From Eledone cirrhosa (taxonomy: Eukaryota), in NCBI GenBank assembly GCA_964016885.1, contig OZ024747.1, positions 8,370,001 through 8,434,000 on the forward strand: a stretch of 64,000 nt of DNA, in the 5' to 3' direction. The notes beneath the pieces were generated by a model. The model was given only the letters and a program-made list of their open reading frames with translations, ran no database searches and was not told the DNA's origin. A program made the translations under genes and the position numbers. This document shows, piece after piece, positions 43,680 to 55,477 of the stretch. Position 1 is the first letter of the stretch, and each line of letters opens with the position of its first letter.

Positions 43680-44281
43680 GGGGGGGCAGAAAGAGAGGAT
43701 AAAATGTAAAGTTATGAGAGTGAAAATGCAATAACTGTTAAATTTGCAGGTGTGTTATCTCCCTTGACTGTGGAAGTCTCCTGGGATATTTCCAGTTGAG
43801 AAAATTCAAGAACATCCAGCTGTTTTTACACGAATCTCTCACCATCCGATGGGAACAGTAATAAAACATGAGCTGTGCATATAGCAGTCAGAACACACAC
43901 ATACACTCACCAACATATACGCACACCTATACCAACACACATGCCAGTGCATGTACACACACATACACCACTGAATAGTCTCAAAATATATACACACATA
44001 CACACACTCACAAACACACCTGTGCATAGAATCTCATAATGTAAAACAAACGCACAGGCACACACACTCACACCAGGACACACACACACATACACCAGGG
44101 CACGCAGTCTCACAATAAACTACACACACATTGTCTCACATCATAAAAACCACAGTCTCTCTCACACACACACACATAGTCACACAAACACCACTGCATA
44201 GAGTCTAATAATATAACACATATACATATACACACATGCATACACTCATTGAAACTCATGTTCTACATGTTAAATTATACA

Positions 44282-45185
44282 TACATACACACACACAAAT
44301 ATATATATATACATATATAACATATGTATATGCATACATACATACAAACACACTCACACATATATAGGCAGAGATGCACACACACACATAGACACACACA
44401 CATAGACACACACATACACATCATCATCATTTTACGTCCGCTTTTCCCTGTTTACATACACTTACACACAAATATATATATATATACATATATAACATAT
44501 GTATATGCATACATACATACAAACACACTCACACATATATAGACAGAGATGCACACACACACATAGACACACACACATAGACACACACATACACATCATC
44601 ATCATTTTACGTCCGCTTTTCCCTGTTTACATACACTTACACACAAATATATATATATATACATATATAACATATGTATATGCATACATACATACAAACA
44701 CACTCACACATATATAGGCAGAGATGCACACACACACATAGACACACACACATAGACACACACATACACATCATCATCATTTTATGTCCGCTTTTCCCTG
44801 TTTACATACACTTACACACAAATATATATATATATACATATATAACATATGTATATGCATACATACATACAAACACACTCACACATATATAGGCAGAGAT
44901 GCACACACACACATAGACACACACACATAGACACACACATACACATCATCATCATTTTATGTCCGCTTTTCCCTGTTTACATACACTTACACACAAATAT
45001 ATATATATATACATATATAACATATGTATATGCATACATACATACAAACACACTCACACATATATAGGCAGAGATGCACACACACACATAGACACACACA
45101 CATAGACACACACATACACATCATCATCATTTTATGTCCGCTTTTCCCTGTTTACATACACTTACACACAAATATATATATATAT
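44282..45185. repeat. 175-bp tandem repeat, about 5 copies, containing a SINE/LINE tail fragment
   Basis: Identical ORFs every 175 bp; unit contains catcatcattttacgtccgcttttccctg. Confidence 0.93.
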
Positions 45186-45531
45186 GTCCCACCCTTGCAA
45201 GCAGGGAAAAGCAGACGTAAAATGATGATGATGATATATATATATACATATATAACATGTATATGCATACACACACACTCACACATATATATAGTCACAT
45301 ATATTTTTTATTGGTTTCAGTCATATATTAGGAGCAAAGCTAGGGCTCCATCTTGATTTAATTGATCCAGTTATTTCAAATAGTATTTTATTGATTTTTA
45401 TTTGTTGAGTGATCAGGTTATGGGACATGAACACACACACACACACATATACAGTCATAAACATACACACAGACACACACATATATACATGCACACATAT
45501 ATACATGCACACATGTATGTATGATTTATGA

Positions 45532-45599
<68 letters not shown>

Positions 45600-45894
45600 A
45601 TATGCCCCCACACACCCCACTGCAAGGTGGTCGTGGAGGTGCCACGCCAAAAAAGCACCCAGCCCACACTGTAAAGTGGACGTATAGGTGCCACGAAAAA
45701 GCACCCAGCACTCACTGTAAATGAGGTTGGTGTTAGGAAGGGCATCCAGCTGTAGAAATCAAGCCAAATCAGTTCCTGTATGAGCAAGGCATGGTCAGCC
45801 GACCAGACACTGCCCACAACAGGACAACCCGTCTAACCCATGCTAGCGTGGAAGAACGGACGTAAAACGGTGATGATGATGATGATGATGATGA

Positions 45895-45898
<4 letters not shown>
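45600..45898 (+). mobile_element. SINE/LINE-3'UTR-derived element with (GAT)n tail in (TA)n
   Basis: ttggtgttaggaagggcatccagctgtagaaa...ggacgtaaaac(gat)n; diverged relative at 46440-46783. Confidence 0.8.
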
Positions 45899-45945
<47 letters not shown>

Positions 45946-46780
45946 CATCAATACCTACCCACTATACTTGTGAATATGCCTTCACCACTAACACCCTTTA
46001 AGTACTCTCATCATCACTACTTCCCCTACACTATAAGGGAACACCCCTTACCCCCTATTCATTACACCCTACCATACATCCATAATTCATGCTTATTTCC
46101 CTTTTCCACTCCTCCATCCATCCATGCAGAGCAGTTGGAATAATAAATAACAAAAATGCACCCAGTACACCCTGTAAAGTGGTTGGTGATAGGAAGACCA
46201 TTCAGCTGTAGAAACCATACCAAAAGTGTTGAGGAGAGTCCCTCAGTTGCTCCAACAATGTGAAAACCGCTTTAGTGTTGGTGGTTTACATGATAAACAC
46301 AGCCAGTGGTTAGTGATAGGAAGGGGGGGGGGCATCCAGCTGTAGAATGATTGTCAAAGAAAAAGGGTTTGGAGGAGCATCAGTTGTGTGAAGAACTTCT
46401 CAAAGACAATGACACAGGTTTCAGATCTTTTGCATTACGAAGTAATACAGAAAACCCACCTTCCCATGCACACAGACTCAAACATAGGTTTAGTAGGCAC
46501 CTCCTAACCACTATAGCCCCACCTATCCACTCCTGTCCACACCATCTTTACACTATAAACAAGATATATCCAGCCCACACTGTAAAGTGGCCATGTAGGT
46601 GTCTGGACAAAAAGCACCCAGCACACACTAAATGTAGTTGGCGTTAGGAAGGGCTTCCGGCCATAGAACCCTAGCCAGAAATAGTTCTATGAGCAACATA
46701 TGGACACCTGACCCAACTTGCCTCAAATGGGACAACCGGTCTAACCCATGCTAGCGTGGAAAATGGACGCTAAACGATAA

Positions 46781-46837
<57 letters not shown>

Positions 46838-48526
46838 TACACACGCACGCACATACACATTTATATATATATATGCATACACACTCATCATTCATACATA
46901 TAGATATATATACACAAACTTACATATACACACACACTGGACGAATATATTCTTTTTATTATACAATTATAAGTGCATCTCACTGTACAACAATCTGGGT
47001 GGGGGGTAATTGTTATGGGTGACTCCGTGCGAAAATCCATTTAAATAAAAATGACCTTTATAGTGGAATGTTTTGGAACCATTGACAATAACTAATCTCC
47101 CATTGCCGTGTTCCGTCTATTATATCGTCTGCTAATCTGTTAAGATTTTACTAACTTGCGTTCACTGGTTCGTCATTAGTTATCTCCCTTAAACCACGTA
47201 CAGTTTCTGTTGTTGATGTATTAAAATGAGAATATATGATGGTCTTATAACTTCTCTCTGAGGGCAGTAACTCCATATAGGAACTGACTTGGACTGAAAT
47301 AACCCGTCATCATGGAAAGCCCACGTAAAATGACCGTGACTTGGTTTCATGTTGCTGTTTAACACCTTTGTCAAGGTTTCACCTCCTGAAGCCCCAAGCT
47401 ACATGAAATTGTAAGACCAACACAGCTCCTTGTCACGTGTCACCCATGTTTCGATTCTTGACCATATATTTTGGTGATGACAATCTCGTCTTTTTAAGGG
47501 TTAGAATGTCAACAACTGTCTCCTTTCCTTATTGAAAATGGTAGGATGTGATCAATGATGAATTTAGCTACTATTTGTAGCAGGTCGACCCCCGCTGTTA
47601 ATGATGGTGGCAGTTGGGAACTAGTAGTGTTTGACTTCTGGTGATGAAAGTGCCTGTACCGTTCCAGCGAGGAATTCTCCAGTTGTTTGAACAACAGAAC
47701 AGCCTGCTTGTGGAATTAAGTCAAAAAAATACACACACGTATATCCTTAACGTAATTCTCGAGTGATTCAATGTGACACACGGTGTGACAAAGCTTAATC
47801 TTTGAATTACAAATACTGCTGAATGAACTGGTGCAACTTTAAATAAAATATCATGCTCAAAGGCACAACGCTTTACCGTTAATCGAACTCATTAACCACT
47901 AAGCCACGCGTCTTCTACCCGGGAAATAGTAACATTTTCTCCCGTTACATAAACAGTTATGTAAGAGTTATGTTCCTTGAGTTGCTACTGCAGTTTTTTC
48001 AAAACTAGAATGGTCCTGTGAACATAACACGTTTCAACGAGTTGCTGAAAGGTAAGGATATAGATAAGATGCTACTAATTGACCCACTCAGCATCGCTAC
48101 CACAGATACATGGACCCGGGCGGAGTAGGGAAGCATTCTCTGGTGTGTGCGAGCTTGTGTGAAGGCCGTCTTGTGATCCCAGCTGACAGAAGGGAGAAAA
48201 TGTTGCGAGTCAGTCATGATGTATTCGATTGAAAGATCAAAGATCTTTTAACCGAGACCTTCCAACCATTTTTATTTTATTTATCAATCAGAGGTTGTAA
48301 GTTCGTTTCACACACGCAATAGATACATATATGTATATACACATATAATACACACACACACACACACACATATATGTGTCCTCAAACACTTTTTCTGACG
48401 GGTCCTATTAGAAGCAACCGTCTCCAACAAGACCAGCCAAGCTCATAGATGTTATCCAACCATCTTGCTCGGAGCCTATCCCAGGGGACCCATGGATAGG
48501 CTCCGATATATGTATATATATGTATG

Positions 48527-48618
<92 letters not shown>

Positions 48619-48645
48619 AAGAATCAAAGAACTGTTCAAAACATT

Positions 48646-48698
48646 ATTGTGCTTACAGCTGTTTCCTCCAAACCGAGGTTTGGATTCTTCGGAGCAAT
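48646..48698 (-). ncRNA. Type I minimal hammerhead ribozyme motif, family C (CCGAAGA core)
   Basis: ATTGCT-CCGAAGA-aTCCAAAC ctcg GTTTGGAg-GAAA-CAGCTG-TA^AGCACAAT; stem III is the perfect palindrome ACAGCTGT. Confidence 0.7.
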
Positions 48699-48987
48699 TT
48701 ATTAATGCATGGACAGTTATATGACCTCCTTTTCAGCCAAGAGACATATCGATACATATGCAAATATTGTGGGTCAATATTCATTACAGAATTTAGAGTG
48801 GCAGTACACACTTCGAGATTACATTCATATTAAGAGGTACAATCAAAAATCAAAAATACAGGTTAAAATACAACATGAAGATAAGCGGTTATATAGTGCA
48901 AATGTTATATGTGTGGCAAGCATGTGCGTCTTATTTACATAACCATAAATAGTATAACTAATACTATATATATATATATATATATAT

Positions 48988-49225
48988 GTAAGAATATTTT
49001 TCGAAACAGCGAGTTGGTTTGAAATTATTATAAATGTAAGCTATCGCCGTATTTTGACTAAAGAAATTAAAGAAATTATTTAGCCTGATAGTGGGGTTAA
49101 GAACCCTCGGAGAAATGGAAAAGATGAGTATTTTTCCATTTCTCCGAGGGTTTTTAACCCAACTATCAGGCTAAATAATTTCTTTAATTTCTTTAGTCAA
49201 AATACGGCGATAGCTTACATTTTTA

Positions 49226-49228
<3 letters not shown>
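48988..49228. mobile_element. Fold-back element, about 97-bp arms (49026-49228) and 9-nt loop
   Basis: Near-perfect inverted repeat between (TA)n runs with a one-sided extension. Confidence 0.8.
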
Positions 49229-49268
<40 letters not shown>

Positions 49269-49453
49269 CGCGCGCGCTTCAACTTAGCTTTATGAATGAT
49301 ATAGTCTCGGGAACCACTGCTCTACAAGAGCTCATATTTAGAATCCAGTAGTAAAAATTTCAACGCTATCAGAAAATATTAGTCTAAGGGAAATAATCGA
49401 TTTCAGAAATAATTTTTAGGAAGACATGACATGAAATTATATATATATATATA

Positions 49454-49490
<37 letters not shown>

Positions 49491-49497
<7 letters not shown>

Positions 49498-49848
49498 TAA
49501 ACGGAAAAGAAAATGCTGACAAATTGTTCCCAGTGAAAAATGGTTTAATTAGGAATAAGTAAAAATTAGTAATAGTATTGGTTAGTATTCAGTTTTGGTT
49601 TTAAGTTTTACCGGTTGCGCTTTTCTAATCTGATTAGAGCAAACATCACGAGCACTCTATCTCAAAATTATTTTTGAAAAGCATTAGAAATGCGCAACCG
49701 GTAAAACTTAAAACCAAAACTGAATACTAACCAATACTATTACTAATTTTTACTTATTCCTAATTAAACTATTTTTCACTGGGAACAATTTGTCAGCATT
49801 TTCTTTTCCGTTTACCAATATATCATAACTCGTGTGTTACACCTCTAT

Positions 49849-49855
<7 letters not shown>
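49491..49855. mobile_element. Fold-back element, 139-bp arms (49491-49629 / 49683-49821)
   Basis: Near-perfect inverted repeat, 53-nt spacer, short tail, flanked by (TA)n. Confidence 0.8.
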
Positions 49856-49891
<36 letters not shown>

Positions 49892-49918
49892 GTGTGTGCG
49901 TGGGTATATATTATTTAT

Positions 49919-50135
49919 TTATGTAATAAACAACACAATATAATTATTCAATTACCCAAGGTTTCGCGAAGTTAGACGATTCTACTGTTAGAATCGTCTA
50001 ACTTCGCGAAACCTTTGGTAATGGAATAATTATATTGTGTTGTTTATTACATAATGAAATAGCTCTGTACTATATATAGAGCACTCTTCTTTCCTTTACC
50101 TTTTCTACGGAAATACTTAACACAAAAACATATAT
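49919..50135. mobile_element. Fold-back element, 66-bp arms (49919-50054), 4-nt loop, plus tail
   Basis: ..gcgaagttagacgattcta ctgt tagaatcgtctaacttcgc.. Confidence 0.8.
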
Positions 50136-50234
50136 ATATATTTACTGTATATAAGAAAATGAGATAGGAAATGCATTGTGTGTGTGTTAATTTTAAAGAG
50201 TTACAGATAGAGGTAAAAATAAATATAGAAAGAT

Positions 50235-50405
50235 ATATCGGTAGAGGGTTGGACGCCATGCTTTCTAGCATAGTTACGTCCCTTTACAGTCTGAGTTCAA
50301 ATCCCGCCGAGGTTAACTTTGCCTTTCATACTTACGGGGGTCGATAACATAAAGTACCAGTAATCTACTGGGTGATTGCTGGCCTTGTGCCTAAAGTAGA
50401 AACAA
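50235..50405 (+). mobile_element. SINE family 2
   Basis: Matches the family; further minus-strand copies at 34325-34478, 51877-52065 and 58420-58602. Confidence 0.85.
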
Positions 50406-50516
50406 TTATGGTTGTTAATACTCAATGTGTTGGTTGGTCTAGAGTCAGATGTCACACTTTACATATATGGATATAGGAGAGAGAGGGGGGATAGAGAAAG
50501 AGAGAAACAAATAGGG

Positions 50517-50558
<42 letters not shown>

Positions 50559-50666
50559 TGTGATAAAGAAAAAGAACTGATATTTATGGGTTGAAGTATG
50601 AGTGTATATATATATATATATACACAATATATTAATAAATGGAAACTATATTTATAAAACCAAATT

Positions 50667-50732
50667 TATTTTATTATACATATTTCAAGGGCAACCAAGG
50701 CAAATTATGGTGCGCTTTCATCAGATAAAATA
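50667..50732 (-). ncRNA. Type I minimal hammerhead ribozyme, family A
   Basis: TATTTTAT-CTGATGA-stem II-GAAA-TATGTA-TA^ATAAAATA on the minus strand. Confidence 0.75.
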
Positions 50733-50836
50733 CAGATTTGTTTTATAAATAAATATTGACATACCCAGAAAAAAAGACAACCTTAACGGTTGGGGCTTCC
50801 AACCTTAACGGTTGGGTTTTTTATAAAACAAATCTG

Positions 50837-50902
50837 TATTTTATCTGATGAAAGTGCACCATAATTTGCCTTGGTTGCCCTTGAAATATGTATAATAAAA
50901 TA
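50837..50902 (+). ncRNA. Type I minimal hammerhead ribozyme, family A
   Basis: TATTTTAT-CTGATGA-AAGtGCACCA..TGGtTGCcCTT-GAAA-TATGTA-TA^ATAAAATA; 8-bp stem I; predicted cut after 50894. Confidence 0.78.
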
Positions 50903-51052
50903 AATATGATTTTATAAATATAGTTTCCATTTATTAATATATTGTGTATTTACTCCACTATACTGTTGAGTGCTTTATATCAGTTATAAAAATGTTTAAG
51001 CTTGTTGAATCCCAACAAATTAAATATAACCTCTGCATATATATATATATAT

Positions 51053-51336
51053 ATGCGACCATTTCTGTTGGAAGCTTCCAACAGTAATGGTTGCATTCTT
51101 TAAGGATATGTCAATATTTATTTATAAAACTGCTCTATATTATATTTTATCTGATGAAAGCACACCATAATTTAACTTAGTGTCCTTGAAATATGTATAA
51201 TGAAATAAATATGGTTTTATAAATATAGTTTCCATTTGTTAATATATCGTATTTTTACTCCAATAATTTGTTGAGTGCTTTATATCAGTTATAAAAATAT
51301 TTGCTTGTTGTATCCCAACAATTTAAATAGAACTTC

Positions 51337-51340
<4 letters not shown>
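51053..51340 (+). mobile_element. Family A copy 2 with a short 5' hairpin (51053-51096)
   Basis: Homologous to 50821-51037; begins with the palindrome atgcgaccatttctgttggaag|cttccaacagtaatggttgcat. Confidence 0.8.
51143..51207 (+). ncRNA. Type I minimal hammerhead ribozyme, family A
   Basis: TATTTTAT-CTGATGA-aagcacac..gtgtcctt-GAAA-TATGTA-TA^ATGAAATA; predicted cut after 51199. Confidence 0.72.
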
Positions 51341-51392
<52 letters not shown>

Positions 51393-52162
51393 GTATATAT
51401 ATTGAGCGAAGAGGCAGGAAAATACATATCTATACATATCTAGACAAACACGTATATATACATATCTACATACACATGTATATACATACACACATATATA
51501 TATATACATATCTACACACACACACACACGCAATCACATGTATATATATACATACACACACACATGTATATATACACACACTCATGTATATATACACACA
51601 AGCACACACAACAGTAAATGTCGTCTGCTAAGTTTTATCTCTCCTCATTGTGTTCTTCTTAATAAATAGTTTTCTTTCCATCATCACCATTTAACCCTTT
51701 ACCATTTAAACCTGCCAAATCCGGCCAGAATTCTTTCACCTCTTTCTGTTCAAGTCAGCCATAACCGGCTGCTCATACTTATGTTAAGGTATTGTTCTCA
51801 AAATAAATATCAAAATCTCATAGATTCAATATTATGTGAGATAATTATGTGGTAAAGCTTTACCCTGAAAATATAATTGTTTCTACTTTTGGCACAAGGC
51901 CAGAAATTACCCCAGTGCCTTACTGGTACTTTATTTTATCGACCCCGTGAGGATGAAAGGTGAAGTTAACCTCGGTGGGATTTGAACTCAAAACACAGAG
52001 AACTGGAATGACTACAGCGAAGCAGTCTATCCAATGTTCTAACAACTCTGTCAACCACTGCCTTCTATATGTGTGTGAGAAAAGTCAATAATAAAAGGAT
52101 AACGCAAAAGAATAATACCATGATAGTATATTACTTTAATGCTTGAGTGAAATGGAAAAGAG

Positions 52163-52198
52163 TCTTAATGTTTCAAATGGGGGTCCTTCATCAGAAGA
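52163..52198 (-). ncRNA. Degenerate minimal hammerhead motif, family B
   Basis: TCTT-CTGATGA-aggaccccc attt-GAAA-CA-TT^AAGA; stem II decayed; downstream flank homologous to the 39396 copy. Confidence 0.45.
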
Positions 52199-53596
52199 GA
52201 GCAACAGAAAGTAGAGAAAAGAAGACAGACAAAAGTAAAGAAGACATGGAGAGAAAGGAAGAGAGAATAAAGTGTGTTATTGTTGTTATGTATTCTCATA
52301 TTTACACACGCACATACACACTCTCTCTCTCTCTCTCCCATACACACACATACACACACATATGTATTTACTAATTTCAATGGAAAAAAAAAATCTTTTC
52401 TATAAAAAAAGTAAGTACTGCCTGATATTAATCAGAAAAGTTTGTGTTCATATTTATCTAAAAAAAAAAATTTCCTTTATAATTTTATGTAAGAACCTTT
52501 GTTAAGTTACATTCCAAATACTAGCTTAATAAAGAGAAAGTTTTACTACTAAATCCTTCCAGATTGTTGATTATTTTCAAAATTATTTGTAAATCATAGG
52601 CAGTGTTTATGTTTAGAAATATGGTAAGGAAACTGTTAAAGTGAAAATAAAAATATAATGATTATATTATTATTGTAACTTTTTCAAAATGACGCTGTTA
52701 CTAGCTGGGAATAATGGATTATTAGGCAGTCATAATCTATATTTAGACATCATATCGTTGTGAAAATTTGGTAAATGACCTCTACACAGTGACCAGCATA
52801 TCTCCAATACATGTATGTGTATCCATGCAAGCAGGAATCCTATATGAGCAGACAGAATAATTTTTTTTCCAAACTTCGCTGTGACACTGACAATATGGTT
52901 CCACAACAGATAGAACACATACACACATACATACACATGCACACACATACACACACATGCACACACTCACACACACATACACGCAGGCACTCATACACAC
53001 ACATACATACACTCATACACACGCACACACATACATACACTCATACATATACACAGGCACTCATACACACACATACATACACATACACACGCACACACTC
53101 ATACACACACAGACACACAAACGTAAATACATAAACACACACAGGAGCTCACACACACACATTTAGACAAGTAAGCGTAAATACACCTATATACACACAC
53201 ACACACACACACACACTCAAACATGCAAACATAAAAACACATATGCATGCAGACACTCATATACACACACAAACATAAACACACATGTATGCACACACAC
53301 ACACACTTATAGGTACCTATTTATATACGTATGTATATATATATATCTATGTATGCATATATCTATGTATGTATGCATATATATATGTATGTATGTATAT
53401 ACCATGTAAACATGATTACACATACACACACAAACACTCACACAAACACACATACACACACAAACACACACACAAACACACATACACTCAAACACACACA
53501 CACATATACACATATACACTCAAACACACACACACACACACATATATATATACAATGATATTAAATAAATGGAATCTATATTTATAAAACCATATT

Positions 53597-53658
53597 TATT
53601 CTATTATATATATTTCAAGGGTACCAAAAATTTTGGTATGCTATCATCAGATAAAATA
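53597..53658 (-). ncRNA. Type I minimal hammerhead ribozyme, family A
   Basis: Mirror image of 53797-53858. Confidence 0.75.
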
Positions 53659-53796
53659 CAAAATGTTTTATAAATATTTGACATGACCAAAGATAATATA
53701 CCTTAACGGCTCAAGTTATCCCTGAAAAGTCAGGGATAACTTGAGCCGTTAAGGTATATTATCTTTGGTCATGTCAAATATTTATAAAACATTTTG

Positions 53797-53858
53797 TATT
53801 TTATCTGATGATAGCATACCAAAATTTTTGGTACCCTTGAAATATATATAATAGAATA
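53797..53858 (+). ncRNA. Type I minimal hammerhead ribozyme, family A
   Basis: TATTTTAT-CTGATGA-tagcaTACCAAAA t TTTTGGTAccctt-GAAA-TATATA-TA^ATAGAATA; palindromic ATATATAT stem III. Confidence 0.75.
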
Positions 53859-54009
53859 AATATGGTTTTATAAATATAGATTCCATTTATTTAATATTGA
53901 ATACTTACTCCAGAAATCTGTTGAGTGCTCTGAATCAGTTGTAAACATCTATATTTGCTGGATTTACAACAAATTAAATATCTCTTCTACATATATATAT
54001 ATATATGTA

Positions 54010-54344
54010 TGACCAAAGATTAATATGGTTCGTTGATTACTTAATGAATACAATTTTACAATAGATTAAAAGCACTCAACAGAAAAAGTTTTCCAGGAGT
54101 TTTTAATATTATTCAAAATATTAACAAATGAAAGATATTCACATAAACAAAATATTTGCTTTATTATATATATTTCAAAGGTACTGTGTTGTTTTTTTCA
54201 GTATGTCTTCATCAGATAAAATATCTGATTTGATATATGACATACCGCTACGGTCTTGATTATACAATATACAATTCCAGTATTGACAGTCCAGTTTAGC
54301 CGTCGAAACGGCTTGAGCTCTGCCGTCGGGGTGATACTTTTTCC

Positions 54345-54345
<1 letters not shown>
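54010..54345 (-). mobile_element. Family A diverged copy 4
   Basis: Contains aaagcactcaacag (family tail, reverse) and an HHR; flanked by (TA)n. Confidence 0.7.
54157..54223 (-). ncRNA. Type I minimal hammerhead ribozyme, family A
   Basis: TATTTTAT-CTGATGA-agacaTACTG..CAGTAccttt-GAAA-TATATA-TA^ATAAAGCA. Confidence 0.7.
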
Positions 54346-54375
<30 letters not shown>

Positions 54376-54669
54376 AGTTTTCAACCTTCTATATCTATTG
54401 TTGTTGCAGTATATGTATGGCCACTGCCTTCGATCGTTTTTCTTGGTGTCACACTTTTTAACTATTGTGTTTACTCTGGCCGGTAATGTATTAACATCTC
54501 GCTCCATCGAGTGCTTCAAACAACTTGATTAATACCTGCTGTATTGCAGCTACAACTTCAATATATACCTTATATATATATAGGAGCGATCGACTTTCGT
54601 CAAATCGGACCGAGGAAACAATGTTTCCATTGGTCTTTCCAGTTGCTGATACTATCTATCGGTCGCAGC

Positions 54670-54800
54670 TCCAGGTAGAAGGAGCAACGTGAAATAAAGT
54701 GTCTTGCTCAAGGACATAACGCATCACCCAGTCCAAGAATCGAACTCACAACCTCCCGATTGCGAATCCAATTCTCTAACCATTCAGCCACATACCTTAT
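54670..54800 (-). mobile_element. SINE family 1 head fragment
   Basis: gaaataaagtgtcttgctcaagg..gaatcgaactc..ctaaccattcagcca. Confidence 0.75.
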
Positions 54801-55247
54801 ATATATAGTATCCTTATATATATAGTATATATATATATATATATGTGATTATAATCAAATATTCCCCTATTACTTTTGGTAAGGTGAGATAAGATCAATA
54901 CACACACAAACACATATATGAGAGAGAGAGACTGTGTGTGAAAGACAGATAGATATCACCATAGTAACTAACTACACAACAAGTGACACTTTCCTGTCAA
55001 TACTCCCGTCACCAACTGTTGTTGCCGGGCTTCATGTTTGTTACTCAAGACACTGTTCACCAACCAAGATGTTTTATGTTTGGGAAAATTGTTTGTGAAC
55101 TGATTTATTTTAACGAAAAAACAATTTAACCTAATAAGAAATGTTTGAAAGATCCAGAACAGAGAAAGCAAGCTTTGCTAACATCAATTTTTTGTACATG
55201 TTATAAAGATTCTATATATATATATATATATATGATGTATACACATA

Positions 55248-55285
<38 letters not shown>

Positions 55286-55421
55286 GTATGCAATGCTGAG
55301 ACTACAAATCATGGGAGTACTCTATGAATAGGAAGAAGCAGAGTGGGTATAGAGGAAGGTATAAACCCAACCACTACACCAAGCTGTTTCAGCTTGTATT
55401 CAGTAAGCCATTTCAAGGTTG

Positions 55422-55477
<56 letters not shown>

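Larger units (their letters stand above)
50621..51037 (+). mobile_element. HHR-bearing fold-back element, family A copy 1 (Penelope pseudo-LTR-like)
   Basis: About 128-bp inverted arms (50621-50748 / 50821-50948) plus a 90-bp family tail (tactcca..tgttgagtgct..ccaacaa), in (TA)n. Confidence 0.8.
53558..53991 (+). mobile_element. Family A copy 3: perfect 168-bp inverted arms, 4-nt loop, plus tail
   Basis: 53558-53725 / 53730-53897; no mismatches seen by eye; family tail to 53991. Confidence 0.85.
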
